Positions 41,202 through 54,098 of a DNA stretch of 64,000 nt are shown piece after piece. The translations under genes were made by a program, and so were the position numbers. The stretch lies in assembly GCA_040954595.2 (NCBI GenBank), contig CM082585.2:5171808-5235807 (forward strand). The letters run 5' to 3'. Each line of letters opens with the position of its first letter. Position 1 is the first letter of the stretch. This DNA is from Balanoglossus misakiensis (taxonomy: Eukaryota > Animalia > Hemichordata). The notes under the pieces were generated by a model. It was not told the DNA's origin. It made no database searches and worked only from the letters and a program-made list of their open reading frames with translations.

Positions 41202-42013
41202 GGCTCTGTAAGCTGTAAGCTGTTTGTTTTGGCACTTTTATTATGTATTTATCCTTTCATTTCCCGTTCGAATCCCTGGACCATGGTAGAACACCTTATA
41301 AACCCTGCCAATACGTATTCAGTCAGCATTACTATTGTTGAAATTCGTCCGGACTGGAATTCATAGGGCAATATCTATTAGCCTATTACATAATATACAA
41401 CTAACCATTGTCCAGAGCATATCAACCTGAATTTCTCCGTTCTTATTTTATTCTTTCATATTCGATCAATATTGCTGACAAGGTAACTGACCGGATTGTC
41501 TGTGTAAATACTGTAAAAATTAAGCCAAAATACAATTTCAGTAGGAGACTGTTCAATTCTGTATTGGTCTGAACTTTCGCAGGGCCAGACATGTTTGCTA
41601 GAATTTAATATGTTCATGTATAGGTGAGCAAATGTGGTTTCTTTATCAACCTATCGCTTAACGGATACTTTACGGACAATAATTAACAATAGTAATTTTT
41701 ATACCAAAAAAACCCAGACTATTGTAAATTCCTTTTTTAGTATAAGATGTTGTAAATTTTGAAATGCAAACGATTAAAATGATAACGTCATTTCAAACCA
41801 TGAAAGGTGATGTCAGACCATTTAAATAACATATCGTTGTCTACATGGAAGCAGCCAATCACCATTCCTCAAATAAATCACGTGGTACTATATTTTATAA
41901 TAAAAACACCTGTTGAGTGTTACCTTTTTGCATAGTCATCTCGGTCTAAAAAGGCGCATCAGCTAACAGACAAAACTACGAAGTTTCAATTGTCTACTCT
42001 AAAAAATACCAAT

Positions 42014-42739
42014 ATGAGTGATACAAATGAACCCAAGGAGGTAGCCATAACTGCAACCACTGCAACAACTACCAGCACCGAACCATCTACCGATTCCAAC
42101 GAACCACAGGGTAACCGTGACGTATTGAACATTCAGTTTTGCCATCCGTATTTATAGTTGTTAACCATTTTGAATGGTTTTCAAATACATGAACCATTTT
42201 GAGTGGTTTTAGAACACTTTAAGAAACAGTCACTTCTCTGATCCTACAACTTTGTCTTTAACAATTTGTTTGTCCCACAGGTCGAGATGGCAAATATAAA
42301 TTTGAAGTGTGTGAGGTCGGCTTGGTACCAAGTCAACTGCTTGGAACCGTTTTCGGTAAGGCAATTTCAAAGGAGAATGTTTAATGTCAGTAATGGATTT
42401 CATTTCTTTCCAAATGAAAAAATGGATAGGTCATTTTACTTACTAAATCTTATTATCAACTAATTATCACAAGTCCCAACCACCGTTTTTTTCTAATCCG
42501 TGACGAAAAGCCTGGTATTAACATGCTCCATATTCAAAATGTTGGCAGCAAGTTTAGCTCAAAATACTGGATTAAACCATTATACAACTTACGAATCTGT
42601 GTTGACCGTATTCCTATGGACAATATACTCCCAGAAATACACCATTCAAATTTCAGCATATTTATTTTCTTACTTTTTACAATTGTATTAATATCATGTC
42701 TCTCACTTTATCCAAGGCGGGGCACAGTTTAGGCGTTAA
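42014..42739 (+). CDS. DxNE microprotein B (64 aa)
   Basis: Exons 42014-42110, 42281-42355, 42717-42739, then a 3'-UTR intron from 42773 to ~43438: MSDTNEPKEVAITATTATTTSTEPSTDSNEPQGRDGKYKFEVCEVGLVPSQLLGTVFGGAQFRR*. TATA at ~41896 and CCAAT upstream. Confidence 0.7.
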
Positions 42740-44290
42740 AACAACGGGTAGAGTTCGTGCTGTTCCTACTAGGTAAGTTGAGCCTAACAATACATTATGT
42801 ATTACACGAAATAGGTAACTTATGTTGAAATGTTAATACGAGATTATACCATGGATACTTCATTTCATGTATGCCACAACGAGGCAAAAACAGAAACTGG
42901 AGATGCACAAACAAGAGTCAATGAGATATATTTACAATAACGTTTCGCGTCTGTGCACACACATGAGTTTTGTGGTTTTGTGACATGAAACGAAATTAAG
43001 TCCAAGCCATATATTCAAGATGACGGTTTCTCCTGATCTGTGAAAAATAGTCAATTTTTTCTCTCTGAATTTTCGCGCACTTTTTCGCATACTTTTCAAT
43101 TTGTATACACATACATATAATTGTGGCGAGGACAACTAGGGCATGTAAAGGTTGAAAGACGATATTAAAGGAAGGGAAGGGGGATGGGAACAGACAGAAA
43201 GAGAAAAACTAAGAATGAGTGATAGCCAGAAGGAGTGGGTGGATGGGGATGGAAAGAGGTTGGGGGGGGGGGGGTCATAACAGCGTATCATTCTTTATGT
43301 GTAAAGCAGTTGTGATATTTATAACAATGTTAATGTATATGTCTCTAGGAATTTGGTTGTCATAGATTCATAGATCTTGCTGTGATTTACCATTACTTTG
43401 TGTACAGTTAACTGAAGTTTGGAATTTTATTGTTGCAGATAACTGATCACCCACCAAATAGAACAGAAGATCTTGTCAACTGGTATAGAGGTCCATTCTG
43501 GATTTGTGATATTGCAATAAGAATGACAAGCTTTAAATCACTTACTGAAAAGCACTTGTTTAAGAAATATACACTTTTCACACGTACCAACATATTTTAG
43601 ATTTATGACCATGGAATTTTCCTACCTTGAATAAAACATAAATACATGTACTTTTAAGTTGTTTTTCTTTGCTTGCAAGTAATAAGAAAGTTAAAAAGTT
43701 ATTATCCACGAAAAGATGGCAGACTAAATGCAAAAGAATGTTGGTTAATGATTTACTGAGTTTTCTGACAGCGCCCATTGCTGTGCATATATAGAGTGAA
43801 TTGAGGTTTATCAAGGCACATTCAAGGAACAGCATTTCCTCTTACCAGCGGTTAAATGAAATGGGCCCCAGAACAAGCATTTTAACTGTCCATTGATATT
43901 CGCACACTCCAAATATGGAGAGAATCCCATAAGATAAGTAGCAAAAAAATCCTGATATGTAGATTTGTTGTTTGTTTACGCATTCAACTAGTATAATCAT
44001 ATTCCATAGCCAATAAAACACTGCATTATCCTCTGTTAAACCATGGCTTGCATAAATTAAAAGAGGGTCCCGGCCAATCACGACACAGTACATGTGGCAC
44101 TGACATAATATAATTGTATGTAAATTACAGTCATAAAAGTATCCAGGTATTGTCCAATCCGCTGAAATATTAAAATTGAGGAACTCCTACAAAAGATTTT
44201 GAAACTAATATAAGAGCAGTTTCCACAGCAAATTGCATCTCTCGGTGAAAAGACAAACTGAAGTTGTACAGCACATCGAAAGTAATCAGT

Positions 44291-44413
44291 ATGCCCGATA
44301 CGAATCAGCCACAAGGTACCAAGACCAGAATACCCACCACACCAAAGCCAAAGCCACCGGTCCAAGGTCCCAGCTCGAATACACCTTCCAACGAAGGTTC
44401 CAAAAGGAAGTAG
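44291..44413 (+). CDS. DxNE microprotein C (40 aa; 67 aa if the in-frame TAG is read through or is a recent nonsense change)
   Basis: TATAAGA at ~44210; MPDTNQPQGTKTRIPTTPKPKPPVQGPSSNTPSNEGSKRK*. The frame stays open to donor 44465 and into an exon starting at 44828. Confidence 0.55.
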   Translation: MPDTNQPQGTKTRIPTTPKPKPPVQGPSSNTPSNEGSKRK

Positions 44414-46747
44414 AGGGACTCGGAGAAGAAAAACGCTGCCAAACATGACAATGCAGACTCACAGGTTAGCGTGAAATAAGTTAACATTTCTTAAATGGAC
44501 AAACACCCTACCGTTTCCCCTCCTTTGTTATCTAACAAGTCTGATACTTCTCATGCTATAAGCACACGGGTTCAATTAATTAATCTTAAGTCAAGTTACC
44601 CTTGGTTTGGATTCAGAGACATATGAGTAAACTTTCATGTCATAAGTACAGAACTTGAGTTCTATACACCACCAACCTGTCACATTTCTCACAATTCCTT
44701 ATGCATAGTTTAAGTACCAAAACCTAGGTGTCCATGTAAAGGACCGGTATTCTTTATTTTATTATAGTATTTGGAACACCTTTGGCGGTAGCATACAACA
44801 CTATACGCAATTTTTGTGTATTCACAGCATACGGCATCAACATCAATAACGCAATAATAAATGAATGATTCTACAAGATGAAGAACAAGAAATTACAGTT
44901 ACTACTGCTTTGCAACTAACGCTGCGTTAACCTCTGCAACGTCTAAAACTGTGCACCATCTAAGCGGTAGACCCGGTGTGGTAACCAATGCGAAATGACG
45001 ACTGAATTATCAAGCTTCAGCGGTCAAGCTCCGACAAATCCAAGAAAAACTACCAAAGACAACCACATACAACTGGTGTACATCCGGCCAATTTCTTCAT
45101 GACCAATGACATTATACTTTCCAACCCTTCAAAGCTAATAACATAATATTCAATGTAAACCGATTACATGTATTTTAAAGATGATGTATCTCCAGCATAA
45201 TTCAATCGAGAAAGACATTGTCATACTTGAAGAACAGTTTAACGCGTTTTCATTTTCACTTTTAAGGCAGATCGCAACAGCTAAGCTTAGTCACTGTTTT
45301 GCCACAGTATAAATAAAGTTACCCGAGATATTGATGTTTGATCTTTATATTCACTAGTAGTTTTTTGCATTTTCATCCTTTATATGTATGCATGTAACAT
45401 GATTGTATTCTGTGATACATGTAGCATTCAGAACTTGTGACACTCGCGTGAATAAAGTTAATGCTGAACGATTTATGCCTCATGATTTCATTCACACTCG
45501 ATTTCGTCATTCGGATTGAAAGTATGCCAACAACATGCCATCCTTTTGTTGTCAAATGAGATTGTCCTGTAAATTTCATGTAACAATCGAGCATTCCTGT
45601 AGCCCAGATTGGCCCTGTCCTTACATCCCTAATACTCGGGAATATTTCTCAAACAAAACAAGTTGAAGACATAACCTACAATCTCCCTATTCCACAAAAT
45701 TTATGCTGAGAGACTAAGTATGCTCAGGTTGACAGGTTGTATTCATAGCATGATGAATGGACTCGTTTGACCTTTGGGGTCATGCAACTGAAAGACCTAA
45801 GTAACAAAGCTAGCCATTGGTTGAAAAGATTTATACTGACCTGAGTATGTTAAGTAGCAAAACGTCGATAAACCACTGGGTGCACTTTCGTTATGATAAT
45901 GCCCACCTTTTCACGTCAACCTGTTTGTCTTCCAAATATCACCAAATTGGTTTTTGTACTCTCAATAGAAAGGGAATTTCCGTTACACACAAAACAGAAT
46001 AGTTACATACGCACGAGGATGAAAACCTCAATTCTATGTACGGGGTCTCTCAGTGCAGATAAGTTGAGACGAAAGTCAATGTGATAGTTATTTATCTGTT
46101 TTGCCAAATGGTGTATAGACAAAATTAGTAAACGCTGAACAAGACGGCATGTGCATGTTTTCAAGAAAATAAAATAACGGGGACCTCACTTAAACATAAC
46201 TGTCCGAAGGAAATGTGCCAAAACAGCATGAGAAGGCAGTCACGTCATGATATCGCCCACCCAATCCCATTTGAATAAATGTCCTAAATTGTGACATTGT
46301 ATGCCCTGTTTTCTTTAAAAAGTGACAAAAACTTTTGAAGTGGACGGAATTTCAAATGAACAAAAAAAAGTCAATTATTCCCGATTGTGAATCGTGTTGT
46401 GAAATTGCTAAAGGTGGCATCATTTAATGGACAGGACTGCAAAAGGTATCTTAAAAATTGGAAAAAAATGTGACAGTAATAAAGCTCAGAGAGATTCAGT
46501 ATAGTCCTAATCAAAGATGTAATTTTAAAGCTTATGCATGATCGGAAACAGCATACTGAGAATCGTGTTACAACTTGGGATCACTGACCAATCGTGGAGG
46601 TAATGCATCAACCACGTGACAATTTTCATCATAATAAATTCAGAGCTGAGCTTGTGGCAGCCATTTTTATAAGAACTCTCTGGAACATCCGTCTCATTCG
46701 AAACCATCTTCTTCGTTGAATTTTATCGCGAAATATTAACTACAATT

Positions 46748-47594
46748 ATGGGAGGCTCTTCCAGTACAGACGGTAACGAGGGTTCCGGTTCAAAAGGTTC
46801 CAGTGGAAACGGCAATAGTGGTAGTTCGAATACAGATACGAACGAGAGGAAAGTTGAACTAGGTGTGTATTCTCAGATGACGAATTTCAAATTTATTTTC
46901 TCTCACTCAAAACACAGACACTTTTTAAATCATGATTTATAATTCGCTTGTAGGTAACATTTGGATCATGACACCTTGTACTTCCATGCGTTACTTTGAT
47001 CAAAAGAAAAAAAGTGAAAATTCGCCATGGTTTGCCGCCACGCCTGCCATAGCGTTAACACGCCCGTTAACGCGCACGTAGCTGTAGACACAATTTTCAT
47101 AGAAACGTTTGGTGCTAGCGGTGAAATGAAATGAGCTTCTAGACTTTAGTACGATCTACAGTGTTGATCAACATAACATTAAAAAACCTCTGGCGTTGCT
47201 TTTCTCCAGATGTACTAAGCAACAATCCCTGTCTCCGTCAGCGTCCTGCCGATGGTCTTTCTGTTTCTACACGTAAGTGTATCTATATTATATACATGTA
47301 CTAGAAGCGTACAAGCAGCTACGTTGAATAGGAACAAGCGTTTAGTACATTTTATCTCGTGTCGTTTTGTACCAAATGCCGTGCTATATGATATGTAGTC
47401 AATCAAGTTTAAGCAATTCGACAGTGGACACTATCAATTCTCTATTGGACTGACAAATACTATCACCAGGGTACGTGTACCTGCTCAACATATTCATTCC
47501 TTTTTGGATATGGTCCAAGAGTTATTTAAAAGGGGGTTCCCTTCAATGAAATGACAAATACTTTTAATTTTACACAGATGGTGGTCTGCGTTAG
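46748..47594 (+). CDS. DxNE microprotein D (64 aa, MGxxxS myristoylation start)
   Basis: Exons 46748-46862, 47210-47272, 47578-47594, 3'-UTR intron 47631-47864, AATAAA 48145: MGGSSSTDGNEGSGSKGSSGNGNSGSSNTDTNERKVELDVLSNNPCLRQRPADGLSVSTHGGLR*. TATAAGA at ~46668. Confidence 0.72.
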
Positions 47595-48864
47595 AAGGAT
47601 GACGCATCTGGACAGTATGGACAAATAGAGGTATGTATTCATTGGTCGATATTTTCATGGTAAATACCTGCGTTCTCTACTATTGGCGTTAAGGTCAAGT
47701 CATCCTTATGTAAATCGCATACCCAGAAGCTATTATAAAGGACTTCTACAAAGGTCACCAAAGGTCATCAATACCTGATTTAAGTTCTATAGCGAATGAG
47801 CTGGTGAAAGGACATTTTATAAAATAACTGTGACAGTTGATTTTTGTCGTTTTCGTTGCTGCAGGTTGATCTAAAGAAATGGCGTGGAAACGCTCAAGTA
47901 AAGTGAACGTGCAGCCATGGCATACTCATCATCTTCACTTAGAAACCATTTTTGTGATTTTCTTGAATTATAATTGTCGTTTATACCGTACTGTACCTGT
48001 ATGTTAACACATCTGTAATAATTATGTTACCATCAATGTGATGTAAAATTCGCTATTTTCTTTACTCTTCAGCTGCTGTGAATTTCACCTGTAAGAACAT
48101 GATTTTCTGCATTAGAGGTTGATGTGTTTAATACAATTGTATTCAATAAAATAACAGACATTCTTGAACCCGTCGTTATTTTCGTGTGTTTTTTTTATAC
48201 GAGCTGCCGTATGGCCACATTGCATTTGTTTTATTTTGGACCATGCTCGTTTAGATGCCCAACGTAAACACCTCGAGGACAGGTAAATACTTTGGGAAGT
48301 AAAAAAACTGTTTAGCTTAGAGACAACACAAACAGTACGTTGTCATTGGCTGCTGGCCAACAATTAGAGAGCTGGAACGACACAGACGGACATTAGTCTA
48401 ATTATGGAAATCAAAGTAATGCTCGTGATTTACACATGCGACATGAATACCCTTATAGTTTTGGTGGAAATCATACTTTGTTAGTTCTACAGACACAGCT
48501 CCGGCAGATAGGCACACATTTTCAACATCAGAAAAACAACAGTGGTACATTAAAATATTAGGGTAAAGAATTAATTGACATTATACAGTGATTTTCAATG
48601 GAATTGCAATTCTTAACCGGGTAAATGTCACATGATAGGGATTCTTGTGAATGACTCACGTAAACAAAACCATCGGTCATCACGACTAAAAAAAGAAAAT
48701 CGTATGACATCACAGACACAAAGAAAAGGATTGACCAATAGAAAGGGAGAACGCGGCAGGGCAGGTAAAAAGCACGACATCGACAAAAACTCTTGCAGGT
48801 AAACTTGCGAAGAACATTTTGGTAGATGACGAGCATCTGTGAGGAGCATCTGAAGTCAAAAAAG

Positions 48865-49567
48865 ATGGGTAATTGGTGCAGTGGTGGCGACGCCAACGAA
48901 GGTTGTCCACGAGGTTGCAAATACCAACCATCAAACACAGGTTCCTGCGTAGATTCTAATGAACCGAAGGGGACGTACACACGACCACCAAATTCAGGTT
49001 TGCAAAATGAATAACGTATATGATAGTTGTGACAGATGAGAAGACGACCATCACTTGAACGTATATTGCAAATAACTGAGTGTTCTGGTTCACAAGTAGT
49101 TTAACCTTCCATTGCGAGATTTTGTGGAGAACGATCAACGTTTAGCAGAAAAACTCAAAGTATATTTAAGTCTATCAAATAACACATAAAACTTTAAAAT
49201 GCTGGCGGGTGACATTTTTTCAGAACCAATAAATTCGACTGATCATAAATATACTAATACCAGGTGTTTCTTTTGTTCTTACAACACAATTTCTCATTTT
49301 TACAGAGCAAATAGATTTATCCTTGTACGATGGAGGGCTTTACGATAGTTCAGGTACGTAGGCAGCGTTTACTACGCACATAGTTTTAGGTTTGGTCAGA
49401 TGGTCTTACATCCAGGCTAGTTTTATGACATTTCCAATCATGGTAACATTTCTTAAGAAACAATCAAACCTTATGAAGTGACAGTTTCTCCATTTTCTTG
49501 CAAGTTTTTTGCAATGAGTAAAGTCTACAATTCTTCTTTGTTTGCAGGAAACTACTATCGCCGCTAG
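48865..49567 (+). CDS. DxNE microprotein E1 (66 aa, MGNWCS myristoyl/palmitoyl-type start)
   Basis: Exons 48865-48997, 49306-49353, 49548-49567: MGNWCSGGDANEGCPRGCKYQPSNTGSCVDSNEPKGTYTRPPNSEQIDLSLYDGGLYDSSGNYYRR*. Confidence 0.72.
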
Positions 49568-51548
49568 TGCTTCAGGTAACACAGGTAAGACAATAAAATT
49601 AAAATATAGATAATCCGTCAAATATTTGATTGGTGTGCAACCAACGATGTATTTAGTTGACATCAATGGTTCTTTTGTTTAAACTGTGATTCAAATTAAG
49701 ACGAGTTGGACAGTCTTTGGACAGTCAGTTACAATGACGAATTGGGGATTCCCCCTGCAGACGAATGACTATAATCTAAAAGTATATTAATCATTTTGGA
49801 ATAGTAATTTTGACTTTCGATGGGCTTTTAAATATATATACCATTTAACACTGTAATATCCAAATTTTGTTGTTGTTTTCATAGTGCTAGGAAGTTCTGT
49901 TTTTCCTTTGCTTTGGTGAGAAATACTGGTTTGGTCACAAATGCCATAATCTTTCTTACTGTGTGCTGTGATGCTCCATATTAGCTCAGAAATTCTTCTT
50001 CAGAAAATATTGCGTCCAATTCAAACAGAATAGCATGCACATGGATATTGTACACAAAATGGTGATTGGAAGCTCAGGCCAGTTCAGTGTCCAAGAATAA
50101 ATTGTCGTTTGTTTGATTTTTTTCACGTGGCCACCCGGCAGAAATTGGCTGATCTCACATTTCCACGCGTACGGTAGCGCTGCTTAAATTTGCATAGGAA
50201 ACCTATATTTTTTACTTTTGAAAACAATGTAGTTCAAGAAAAACGCCTTGACCCATATCCGTTGACACAGAGATGTAGTAAATATTTTGAGTAATTTGTA
50301 TTTCATAGAATACCACTGACTTTATATGTACATTTTCAGTTCTTATATACAGTGATTTTGTTTTGTACATTATATGAATGGTACTAAGGTTTCATTGTAC
50401 ATGTATTTCAAAGTTGACATGTAATATCTTTAGTGTGAAATAGTTCACAGGTTAGGTCTGACCATGATGAGTTGCCAATATAGACATTAGTTTTAGTCTT
50501 CCATGGTAACTGTACATTTTTAACTTAATCAATCTAATAAAATACACTAGTTGATAATACACACCTGAAGATGCGTGATCTTTTGTTAATTACATTCTTT
50601 GCAAATAGCTTCACACACAGTCCAGAAGGTTAACAAGAAAATTGATCTTTTGGCGCTACTAAATATGCACCCAAGACACATAATACATAATGGAATGACA
50701 TTTTTGGGATATCCACCTGATATAGACGTGTGCCATTTTCCCCACGAAAACGCAGACAACAGATTACCAGCGTGTATTCCAATGGTGAAGCGAAAGTGTG
50801 CCACGTGAACTATCTATACACACTACTAGCAGCTGATAACATTGCTGCAATTGTTTTTCAAAATACAATGGCAACAAAATCTGTCGTGTGTGCATGGTGT
50901 GAATCTGAGGCGATTAAAGAGAAAAATTTAGCTGCCAACTCGGTGTCTTTGGCCAATAGTACTATTGGCACCATGAGAAAGTGTGCGCATTGAGTCGATA
51001 TTACTTGAGAACATCGAACACTTAATTACTAAATTGTAGACAAATTTAGCAAATTATACACAGCTGACCTTTGACCGAGAAACTCATTCCGTAAAGGTCA
51101 TGCGCAGAAATTCAAAGGGCATATATAGGTTTAGCTTAAACAACATTTAGAGCTTTAAATATACCATTACACTAAAATCTTATAAACATTCAGAACTTGT
51201 TAAAAAGAATCACATAACCAAGAAATATTTAAATCAATATTTAAGTCAAGCGCCTTCAATTGTTACAAGAACGAATATTCATTGCAAGCTCGTTCCATAT
51301 ATGATTAAGTTGATGCTTCGTATGTGATACTGATGTATCATATTTGTTCTAGTTGCAAACGTCTTTAGTGGACGAATTCCCTGTCTACTTGTGTTTATAT
51401 TATTTTCAATATAAGTCAACATAATTTTTTTCAACCATAACATACATTTTTTGTTAATAATGTTTAATATTAAATTAAATGAGGCCAGAAGCCGTCATTA
51501 AGTCGTCGGGTGTTTTCAAAAGATATATTGGTGATTTCATGACTTGTT

Positions 51549-51674
51549 GGGGAATTCCAGAAATTGGCCAATGGCAATGACACACGCGCGCCGCTTCTAA
51601 GACCAATAGCAAAAATCTACGTGTTGCTCCACACTGACACACGAGATCTTGCGCAATTCCAATACTATAAATAT
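51549..51674 (+). promoter_or_regulatory. kB-like site GGGGAATTCC, CCAAT boxes and TATAAAT upstream of gene F1
   Basis: GGGGAATTCC 51549-51558, several CCAAT, TATAAATA at ~51666, about 100 nt before the ATG. Conserved in copy 2. Confidence 0.6.
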
Positions 51675-51767
51675 CGAACAAGCGTTTTGTAGAAAGTAGT
51701 TTGGTGACCACATCATCCACGACATTTGCAGAAATCTGTTTTTCCTCTCGCAAAAAAATCAAAAACC

Positions 51768-52287
51768 ATGGGCAACCAAAGCAGCAACGAGCCTCGACCA
51801 AGAACTAGCAATTCAGGCTACTACTCAACCAGAGGTTATTCGTATCCGAATGTCAGTTCTAACGAACCGAAGAAAGGTATGTCAAATTTCCGTTGAAATT
51901 ATCTTTGCCTTTTGCGCCAGTGTTACAGCGAACTCGATTCCCACGAAAAGTAAGTTCCATAACCATTTGCAAAAACCCAATCAGCCAATGCATTTTCTGA
52001 CCAACTTTTTTTTCAAATCTTATTAACAACAACTTTTTTTCTGTGTTTTTCTCAAGCTGTGCGCAAACGTCGTTACGAACCTGAAGGTGGGCATTGCGGC
52101 GACGCAGACTGTCTTGAAAGAGGTAAGTATTTAAATAAATATCACGCAGTTTTCCAAAAGAAAAGAAAATATCACGAGAAATTACCAATGTGTTTCATAC
52201 GATTCCTATCTCCTCATGGACCTCATTTTCTGTCAATGTTCTCACTGTTTACAATTTTCTTCTACAGGATTTGTTCATAACCGTTAA
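51768..52287 (+). CDS. DxNE microprotein F1 (64 aa, MGxxxS start)
   Basis: Exons 51768-51876, 52057-52122, 52268-52287, then a 3'-UTR intron to ~52721: MGNQSSNEPRPRTSNSGYYSTRGYSYPNVSSNEPKKAVRKRRYEPEGGHCGDADCLERGFVHNR*. Strong Kozak context accATGG. Confidence 0.75.
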
Positions 52288-53484
52288 CACATTTGGACAG
52301 GTACGTCCACGTCCTACTTTTGGCCGGTGAGTACATCAGATTACCTCATTGTTTACAGTGCACTACTTCTAAAACAACCTCCTTGATGTCTTCTCTGAAG
52401 GGAATACTCACTGTGTATCATGTCCATGCCCAAGTGGTACTACATGTATTTAAAGTCCGTATAGCTTGTTGCCAAAGCAAAATAGAGTACCGCCTTTAAT
52501 ACTGTCATGATATTATCCGGGGTCAATATTCATGTTACCTTGTGTTGCAAATACAATGCTCTGACAAAAGGCACTCGGGTCTAGCACATTCCAGCTCAGC
52601 TAAACCCTGAGGTTTTGTTGATTTATTTATAGCAGAGAGTCACACGAGAACAGATCAGAATTTTTCGTTGTGGCACTGTTAGATTTGCTCTTGCACTTAC
52701 TGTATTTCGATTCATTTACAGATTACCATATAAATTCTGAAACCGGCAAATACCTCCTCAAGCCTTCACCATCGTCTACAGTGCACAACATCATGTTTCA
52801 AGGACAAGTACTCCGTCCCAGGGAAAATCCAAGTCGTTTTAGCAAGGACGCAGAGAAACTTGTTGCAATAACCATCTTTAGTACTGTTGACATTGTCATT
52901 AATTATGTTACGTTACCATGACACCGTTGTCCAAACACTGTAATTCAACACAATGATTATTGTTTAACCACAAACACCCGATCTGTATCATTCACTGTCT
53001 ACGTCAGTACCGTGTGATACCCGCTTTTAAATATCACAGTTTTCACAGTTTAACATTAAATTACACTAATATTATTTTTTAGGCTGTGTCAATCAAGTTT
53101 TATAGTAATGTCTATACATGTTGTCAGGTCATTCTTTTACTGCCAGAGTTTTAATTGTTCACTTTCATTCCTTTGTCGCAATGTAAAATTAATTCGGTAA
53201 GGTTTTATACTAGTGTGCATGGATTTTTCACTTTTTCAAAATGAACAAAGGTCAATTCTCCCAAGGAAGTTACTCATAGTTCTTTATATGCAATACAAAT
53301 GTGTTCAATTACATGGAATGTATCCTGTTTGATTATAGTTTATCACAGTAGTATAGTGTAGGTCAATTTGCCTTACTTTTGGATGTGCAGGTAATCTGAA
53401 GTTCTGTTATTAAAATATTAATATATTGACTCGATATGTCCATTAGTTTGTATGTATGGGTGAAACACCGTAACGTTAGTAGCA

Positions 53485-53651
53485 TGACTCATTTTGACCG
53501 AGATTGGTTGGTTAACGATGATTGATAGACGAAACAGTTTTTTTTTTTTCATAAACGTTCTCACAAAAACACTGTGCATGAATCAGCTAATTCTTGTGGA
53601 AATCCCCTCATCTATTATGCACTGGAATTTACCGACCAGTAGCATGACTCA
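53485..53651 (+). promoter_or_regulatory. AP-1 (TGACTCA x2) plus kB-like (GGAAATCCCC) module upstream of gene G1
   Basis: TGACTCA 53485-53491 and 53645-53651; GGAAATCCCC 53598-53607. Confidence 0.5.
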
Positions 53652-54098
53652 CTGTTGGCGTTGATTGGCTGATCGTCCTGAATGACCGGGAGTATCTTTT
53701 AAGAATACACAAACCCTAACACACACACAAACAAACAAACAAACAAACACTTTTCAATTTACTTTTTTTCCGATGCAACGGACGACAAAAAGGATGATGA
53801 CATCGCTGGACAGAACATGAGAAAATAACCACTGAAATGCTAATACGGTTGTGCCCAGAACCTTATTGGTCGTAATTTTATTCTATCAGCCAACCAAAAA
53901 ACAACACCAGATCCCATTGGTCACAACTAAATAATAGCATTCCTCCAAAATCACACATATACAATTTTAACTTCAGGGTGCGTAGTTGTCTACCTTGAGC
54001 ACATTCAAAATCAAGACTGTCAAGTATTGGCCCAAAAGCAAATTCATCGAGTTGAACGTCTGTTGTTTTATCACCTGTACAACTTACTATTGCTCATC

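Noticed and set aside
42014-52287. Bearded-family (NxANE[KR]L) or calcium-binding EGF (DxNEC) identity for the DxNE peptides
   Set aside because: No NxxN spacing, amphipathic helix or DRW tail, and no EGF cysteine pattern after the motif.
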